A DNA stretch of 64,000 nucleotides from Escherichia phage EO1. Position 1 is the first letter of the stretch, and each line of letters opens with the position of its first letter. Positions 60,036 to 64,000 of the stretch are shown here, piece after piece. The translations under genes were made by a program, and so were the position numbers. A model generated the notes under the pieces. That model saw only the letters and a program-made list of their open reading frames with translations, did no database searches and had not been told where the DNA came from. The stretch lies in sequence record OQ223305.1; one strand, 5' to 3'.

Positions 60036-60361
60036 TGACAGACACACAGCTTTTCGAATATCTTTATTTTTCGCCAAAAACTATTAAAAATAAATTGGTG
60101 AATCATTTTGAAATTTTGGCAAATAATAACGTCTTGAGCGAATTTTATCCTAAGCAATACAAATTACAAAAAGGCGTATTCAAAGGATGCAGAGTTTTGT
60201 GCACTGCTCCTAATGCAAGATTAATGAATAAAATTCCATATTTTACCATGGAATTTATTGATGGACCTTTTAAAGGACTAATCACCCAAAGTTTAATGGC
60301 ATATGATTCTGAGCCATTTTTAATTAAAGAACAGTCTTGGATAAATTTATTTTCTAATTGA
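60032..60361 (+). CDS. hypothetical protein
   Basis: ATG at 60032 overlaps the previous stop (ATGA). 109 aa. Track ORF from 59981 is an upstream extension. Confidence 0.45.
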   Translation: MMTDTQLFEYLYFSPKTIKNKLVNHFEILANNNVLSEFYPKQYKLQKGVFKGCRVLCTAPNARLMNKIPYFTMEFIDGPFKGLITQSLMAYDSEPFLIKEQSWINLFSN

Positions 60362-60367
60362 GGTTAT

Positions 60368-60730
60368 ATGAAAGCATATCAAATTCTTGAAGGCACACAT
60401 AAAGGTACTATTTATTTTGAAGATGGTATTCAAGCACGAATTATTGTCTCCAAAACCTTTAAAGAGGACTCTTTTGTAGACCCAGAAATTTTCTACGGTT
60501 TGCATGCCCGTGAAATTGAAATTGAGCAACAGCCTACAGTTAAAATTGAAGGTGGTCAACACCTGAACGTTAACGTTCTGCGTCGTGAAACTCTGGAAGA
60601 TGCAGTTAAGCATCCGGAAAAATATCCGCAGCTGACCATCCGTGTATCCGGTTATGCAGTTCGCTTTAACTCTCTGACTCCGGAACAGCAGCGCGACGTT
60701 ATCGCTCGTACCTTTACCGAGAGTCTGTAA
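60368..60730 (+). CDS. autonomous glycyl radical cofactor (GrcA/YfiD-like)
   Basis: C-terminal about 60 aa ([60 protein letters not shown]) match recalled E. coli GrcA, including the RVSGY glycyl-radical motif. That segment uses CTG/CGT/CCG-rich codons unlike the rest of the phage. Confidence 0.8.
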   Translation: MKAYQILEGTHKGTIYFEDGIQARIIVSKTFKEDSFVDPEIFYGLHAREIEIEQQPTVKIEGGQHLNVNVLRRETLEDAVKHPEKYPQLTIRVSGYAVRFNSLTPEQQRDVIARTFTESL

Positions 60731-60951
60731 TGGCAAAGATAATTATTGAAGGTTCTAAAGATGTGCTAAATGCTTTCGCCGAGTGGTTTAGTAATTCAGG
60801 CGAACAGCAATTTAATGAAGCATGGAATATGGGTGATATTGATGGAATTTATCCTACGACAGAAATTTCTGCTCAGGGATATGGCATTCATGAACCTATT
60901 CGTTTAGTTGAATATGATTTAGGTACTGGTGAGGAAGTAAAATATGATTGA
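60730..60951 (+). CDS. hypothetical protein
   Basis: 73-aa ORF, start overlaps the previous stop. Confidence 0.4.
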   Translation: MAKIIIEGSKDVLNAFAEWFSNSGEQQFNEAWNMGDIDGIYPTTEISAQGYGIHEPIRLVEYDLGTGEEVKYD

Positions 60952-61210
60952 AGATATTAAGGGTTATAAGCCACATACTGAAGAGAAAATCGGTAAAGTG
61001 AATGCTATCAAAGATGCTGAAGTTCGTTTAGGACTTATCTTTGATGCTTTATATGATGAATTCTGGGAAGCACTAGATAATTGTGAAGACTGTGAATTCG
61101 CAAAGAATTATGCTGAAAGTCTTGATCAGTTAACTATTGCTAAAACGAAACTCAAAGAAGCCAGTATGTGGGCTTGTCGTGCTGTGTTCCAACCAGAGGA
61201 AAAATATTAA
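60944..61210 (+). CDS. hypothetical protein
   Basis: 88-aa ORF with GAGGAAG RBS. Confidence 0.4.
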   Translation: MIEDIKGYKPHTEEKIGKVNAIKDAEVRLGLIFDALYDEFWEALDNCEDCEFAKNYAESLDQLTIAKTKLKEASMWACRAVFQPEEKY

Positions 61211-61488
61211 TGGCTCAATTAAGCGCAGGGTTTGGTTATGAGTATTATACTGCCCCTCGTCGTGCATCTGTTGCTCCTAAGAAAATTCAAAGTCTTGATG
61301 ACTTCCAAGAAGTAGTCCGTAAAGCTTTCCAGGACTATGCACGTTATCTTAAAGAAGATTCACAGGACTGTCTCGAAGAAGATGAAATTGCTTACTATAC
61401 GCAGCGTCTTGAACAGCTCAAAAATCTACATGAGGTTCGTGCAGAAGTTTCAAAGTCTATGAATAAATTGATTAGATTTAAAGAATAA
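61210..61488 (+). CDS. hypothetical protein
   Basis: ATG at 61210 overlaps the previous stop (TAATG). 92 aa. Track start at 61168 is an upstream extension. Confidence 0.4.
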   Translation: MAQLSAGFGYEYYTAPRRASVAPKKIQSLDDFQEVVRKAFQDYARYLKEDSQDCLEEDEIAYYTQRLEQLKNLHEVRAEVSKSMNKLIRFKE

Positions 61489-61490
61489 CT

Positions 61491-61520
61491 GTTTACTTTT
61501 CCTCTTGACTGTGGTATAAT
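61491..61520 (+). promoter_or_regulatory. T4-type early promoter upstream of regB
   Basis: GTTTAC, then 18 nt, then TGGTATAAT (extended -10), then AGAGGAG RBS. Confidence 0.65.
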
Positions 61521-61547
61521 TTTTCTATCAGTTAAGAGGAGAATAAC

Positions 61548-62009
61548 ATGACTATCAATACAGAAGTTTTTATCCGTCGAAATAAGCTTCGTCGTCACTT
61601 TGAGTCGGAGTTTCGTCAAATTAACAATGAGATTCGTGAGGCATCAAAAGCAGCAGGGGTCTCATCGTTTCATCTAAAATATTCTCAGCATCTTCTTGAT
61701 CGTGCAATTCAACGGGAGATTGATGAGACATATGTTTTTGAATTATTCCACAAAATAAAAGACCATGTTTTAGAAGTTAATGAATTCCTGAGTATGCCTC
61801 CGCGTCCTGACATTGACGAGGATTTTATTGATGGGGTTGAATATCGTCCTGGGCGTTTGGAAATTACAGATGGAAATCTTTGGCTTGGATTTACAGTTTG
61901 TAAGCCTAATGAGAAGTTCAAAAACCCGTCACTTCAATGCAGGATGGCAATTATCAACAGTCGTCGTTTACCAGGAAAGGCTTCTAAAGCAGTAATTAAA
62001 ACTCAATGA
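61548..62009 (+). CDS. regB: RegB site-specific endoribonuclease
   Basis: 153 aa. MTINTEVFIRRNKLRRHFESEF.. and length match recalled T4 RegB. Confidence 0.75.
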   Translation: MTINTEVFIRRNKLRRHFESEFRQINNEIREASKAAGVSSFHLKYSQHLLDRAIQREIDETYVFELFHKIKDHVLEVNEFLSMPPRPDIDEDFIDGVEYRPGRLEITDGNLWLGFTVCKPNEKFKNPSLQCRMAIINSRRLPGKASKAVIKTQ

Positions 62010-62016
62010 GGTAAGC

Positions 62017-62562
62017 ATGAGAAAAGCACTACTCGCTGGTCTATTGGCCATTTCAATGATGGCACATAGCTCCGAGCATACTTTCAGTAATGTCCAACTC
62101 GATAACATGCGTTACGCGTATCAATTCGGGGAACAATTTTCTAAGGATGGAAAATATAAAACACACAAAAATATCCACAAGAGCGGATTAGGTCATATAA
62201 TGGCTGCTATTTTATGGCAAGAAAGCTCTGGCGGAGTTAATTTAAAATCTAAACCAAAGCATCACGCCTACGGAATGTTCCAAAATTATTTGCCTACTAT
62301 GCGAGCAAGAGTTAAGGAACTTGGTTATAATATGACCGATGCTGAAATAAAAAGAATGTTGAATAAACGGTCCAATTCAGCTTCCTGGGCGTACATTGAA
62401 CTTTCTTATTGGTTAAATATACATAAGGGCGATATAAGAAAAGCAATATCCTCTTATAATTCGGGATGGAATGTTAAAGCAGGTTCTAAATATGCTTCTG
62501 AAGTCCTAGAAAAGGCTAATTACCTTAAAAATAATAAACTTTTGGAAATAGTAAATGACTAA
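62017..62562 (+). CDS. secreted protein with lytic-transglycosylase-like motif
   Basis: 181 aa. N-terminal signal-peptide-like MRKALLAGLLAISMMAHS. The segment AILWQESSGG..YGMFQ resembles the SLT catalytic ES..GLMQ signature. Confidence 0.45.
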   Translation: MRKALLAGLLAISMMAHSSEHTFSNVQLDNMRYAYQFGEQFSKDGKYKTHKNIHKSGLGHIMAAILWQESSGGVNLKSKPKHHAYGMFQNYLPTMRARVKELGYNMTDAEIKRMLNKRSNSASWAYIELSYWLNIHKGDIRKAISSYNSGWNVKAGSKYASEVLEKANYLKNNKLLEIVND

Positions 62563-62896
62563 AATTTTGGTTTTATGTATAGGATTAATTTCATTTTCTG
62601 CGTTAGCAGATACATCATATACTGAAATTAGAGAGTATGTAAACCGTACTGCAGCGGATTATTGCGGGAAAAATAAAGCATGCCAAGCTGAATTTGCACA
62701 GAAATTAATATATGCATATAAAGACGGAGAAAGAGATAAATCAAGCAGATACAAAAATGATACATTGTTAAAACGATATGCTAAAAAGTGGAATACCTTA
62801 GAATGTTCAGTTGCGGAGGAGAAAGATAAAGCCGCTTGTCATTCAATGGTTGACCGTTTAGTAGATTCTTATAATCGAGGATTGAGTACTAGATGA
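62555..62896 (+). CDS. small secreted Cys-containing protein
   Basis: 113 aa. Signal-peptide-like MTKILVLCIGLISFSALA and four Cys. Confidence 0.4.
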   Translation: MTKILVLCIGLISFSALADTSYTEIREYVNRTAADYCGKNKACQAEFAQKLIYAYKDGERDKSSRYKNDTLLKRYAKKWNTLECSVAEEKDKAACHSMVDRLVDSYNRGLSTR

Positions 62897-63372
62897 TTGT
62901 AAAATATATCAAGGGCGATATTGTCGCCCTATTTCTTCAAGGTAATATTATTGCGCACGGGTGCAATTGTTTTCATACTATGGGTTCAGGTGTAGCGGGT
63001 CAATTAGCAAGAGCCTATCCCAAAATTTTAGAAATAGATAAAACTACTACCGAGTACGGTTCTCGTGATAAATTAGGCGATATGTCTATTGTTTTTAAAC
63101 ATAGTCCTACGGGATTTGGTATATGCTATAACCTGTATACACAATACGAACCGGGTCCTAATCTTGATTATGGTGCTTTAGTAAACTGCATGATAGAATT
63201 AAATCTACAGGCAGAAACCCTTTTGTTTAAACCAGTAATTTACATTCCACGCATAGGTTGCGGTATTGCTGGCGGCGATTGGGATAAGGTTTCTAAATTA
63301 ATCGACATGTTTACTCCTGATATTGATTTAATAGTGGTGGATTATGAAAGTACATTACCCGCATCCGTTTGA
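62893..63372 (+). CDS. macrodomain protein (TARG1/OARD1/DarG-like)
   Basis: 159 aa. Motifs KGDIVALF..IAHGCNCFHTMGSGVAGQL and PRIGCGIAGGDW..LIVVDY align with recalled OARD1/TARG1 (KGDLFA..LAHCISEDCRMGAGIA, PRIGCGLDRLQW..ITVYTL). Confidence 0.65.
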   Translation: MIVKYIKGDIVALFLQGNIIAHGCNCFHTMGSGVAGQLARAYPKILEIDKTTTEYGSRDKLGDMSIVFKHSPTGFGICYNLYTQYEPGPNLDYGALVNCMIELNLQAETLLFKPVIYIPRIGCGIAGGDWDKVSKLIDMFTPDIDLIVVDYESTLPASV

Positions 63373-63556
63373 TCCTAAAAACAAAGTGGAAATTATTCGT
63401 CAATGGGAACGCATTTGCCGTACTAAATGCCCAATTAATAGTCCACATGATGTAGATAAAGACTATATTGGAACATTCGTTGAATATACCTTTATTGATA
63501 GGAAAGGTCGTAAACAACATGTAGAAGAATATTGTTTAAAGGTTACATGGTTATGA
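63344..63556 (+). CDS. hypothetical protein
   Basis: 70-aa ORF with GGTGG RBS, overlapping the end of the macrodomain gene. Confidence 0.35.
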   Translation: MKVHYPHPFDPKNKVEIIRQWERICRTKCPINSPHDVDKDYIGTFVEYTFIDRKGRKQHVEEYCLKVTWL

Positions 63557-63759
63557 GCCAAACTAGTATTCTTAAAAATGCCCACTGCGAAAAGTGTGAA
63601 TGGCCAGTTGTTTTTGCTTTATGTAATGATGAAATGGCTTGTGATTTCGATTATTGGTGCTATTGTTCCAATAAAGGATGCATCAATCATAAAGGTGAAG
63701 GATTTTATTCAGGATTTTATCCTTATCCTGATTTCGTTAAAGAAGGTAAACCGAAATGA
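63547..63759 (+). CDS. small Cys-rich protein (possible zinc binding)
   Basis: Track start at 63532 is a TTG. ATG at 63547 with AAAGG RBS. Contains CEKCEW..CNDEMACDFDYWCYCSNKGC. Confidence 0.35.
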   Translation: MVMSQTSILKNAHCEKCEWPVVFALCNDEMACDFDYWCYCSNKGCINHKGEGFYSGFYPYPDFVKEGKPK

Positions 63760-63929
63760 ATAGTTTTGAGTTACAATATGAAGTGTTACGTGAGCTTGAT
63801 AATTTAATTGAACTCGCTGTCAATAAAGGTTTTGCCATTGGAATCGGTCAAAAAGATACTGGTCATTTAACTATGGAAATATTTAAGCAAAAGCGAATTA
63901 TTTTAAAACTCCTGGAAATTAATATATGA
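63756..63929 (+). CDS. hypothetical small protein
   Basis: 57-aa ORF below the track threshold, ATGA overlap with the previous gene. Confidence 0.3.
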   Translation: MNSFELQYEVLRELDNLIELAVNKGFAIGIGQKDTGHLTMEIFKQKRIILKLLEINI

Positions 63930-64000
63930 GTCTGAGTAAAGAACAAAAAGATAAATTGTTTGAGCTTATCCATGAACTTCTAGATGAGCATACAGAAGCA
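63926..64000 (+). CDS. hypothetical protein, 3' end outside window
   Basis: ATG at 63926 overlaps the previous stop. Frame is open to the window end (MSLSKEQKDKLFELIHELLDEHTEA..). Confidence 0.25.
   Translation, partial: MSLSKEQKDKLFELIHELLDEHTEA

Overview
This 64-kb window reads as a contiguous segment of a T4-like (Tevenvirinae) myophage genome. Roughly nt 1-50,000 are the dense, conserved late/structural module in T4 gene order: alt; baseplate hub 54-48-29-28-27-51 and 26-25; uvsY, uvsW, inh, hoc, rnlB; head 24-23-22-21-68-67-20; tail 19-18; terminase 17-16; neck 15-14-13; wac; baseplate 12-11-10-9-8-7-6-5.4-5.1-5-53; then 4-2-3-1-57A-57B. Rho-independent hairpins and TATAAATA late promoters sit at the expected junctions. 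Roughly nt 50,000-64,000 are a hyperplastic early region. It holds three internal-protein-like genes with a capsid-targeting N-terminus, ten tRNA genes in two blocks split by a GIY-YIG homing endonuclease, an ORF-free GC-rich structured segment, a tandem array of small membrane-protein paralogs, nudE, lysozyme e, denV and regB. It also holds a GrcA-like glycyl-radical protein with a host-like C-terminal half, a small P-loop protein, secreted proteins and a TARG1/DarG-like macrodomain. No CRISPR array, integrase or transposase was seen. The best candidates for undescribed biology are the internal-protein cassettes bracketed by duplicated promoter/terminator modules, the structured non-coding block beside the tRNA cluster, and the macrodomain gene. 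All calls come from reading the translated ORFs, hand-folding RNAs and recalled family motifs; no database search or computation was run, and T4 protein lengths are quoted from memory. The supplied ORF track uses TTG as a start in places, so several starts were moved to the nearest in-frame ATG.
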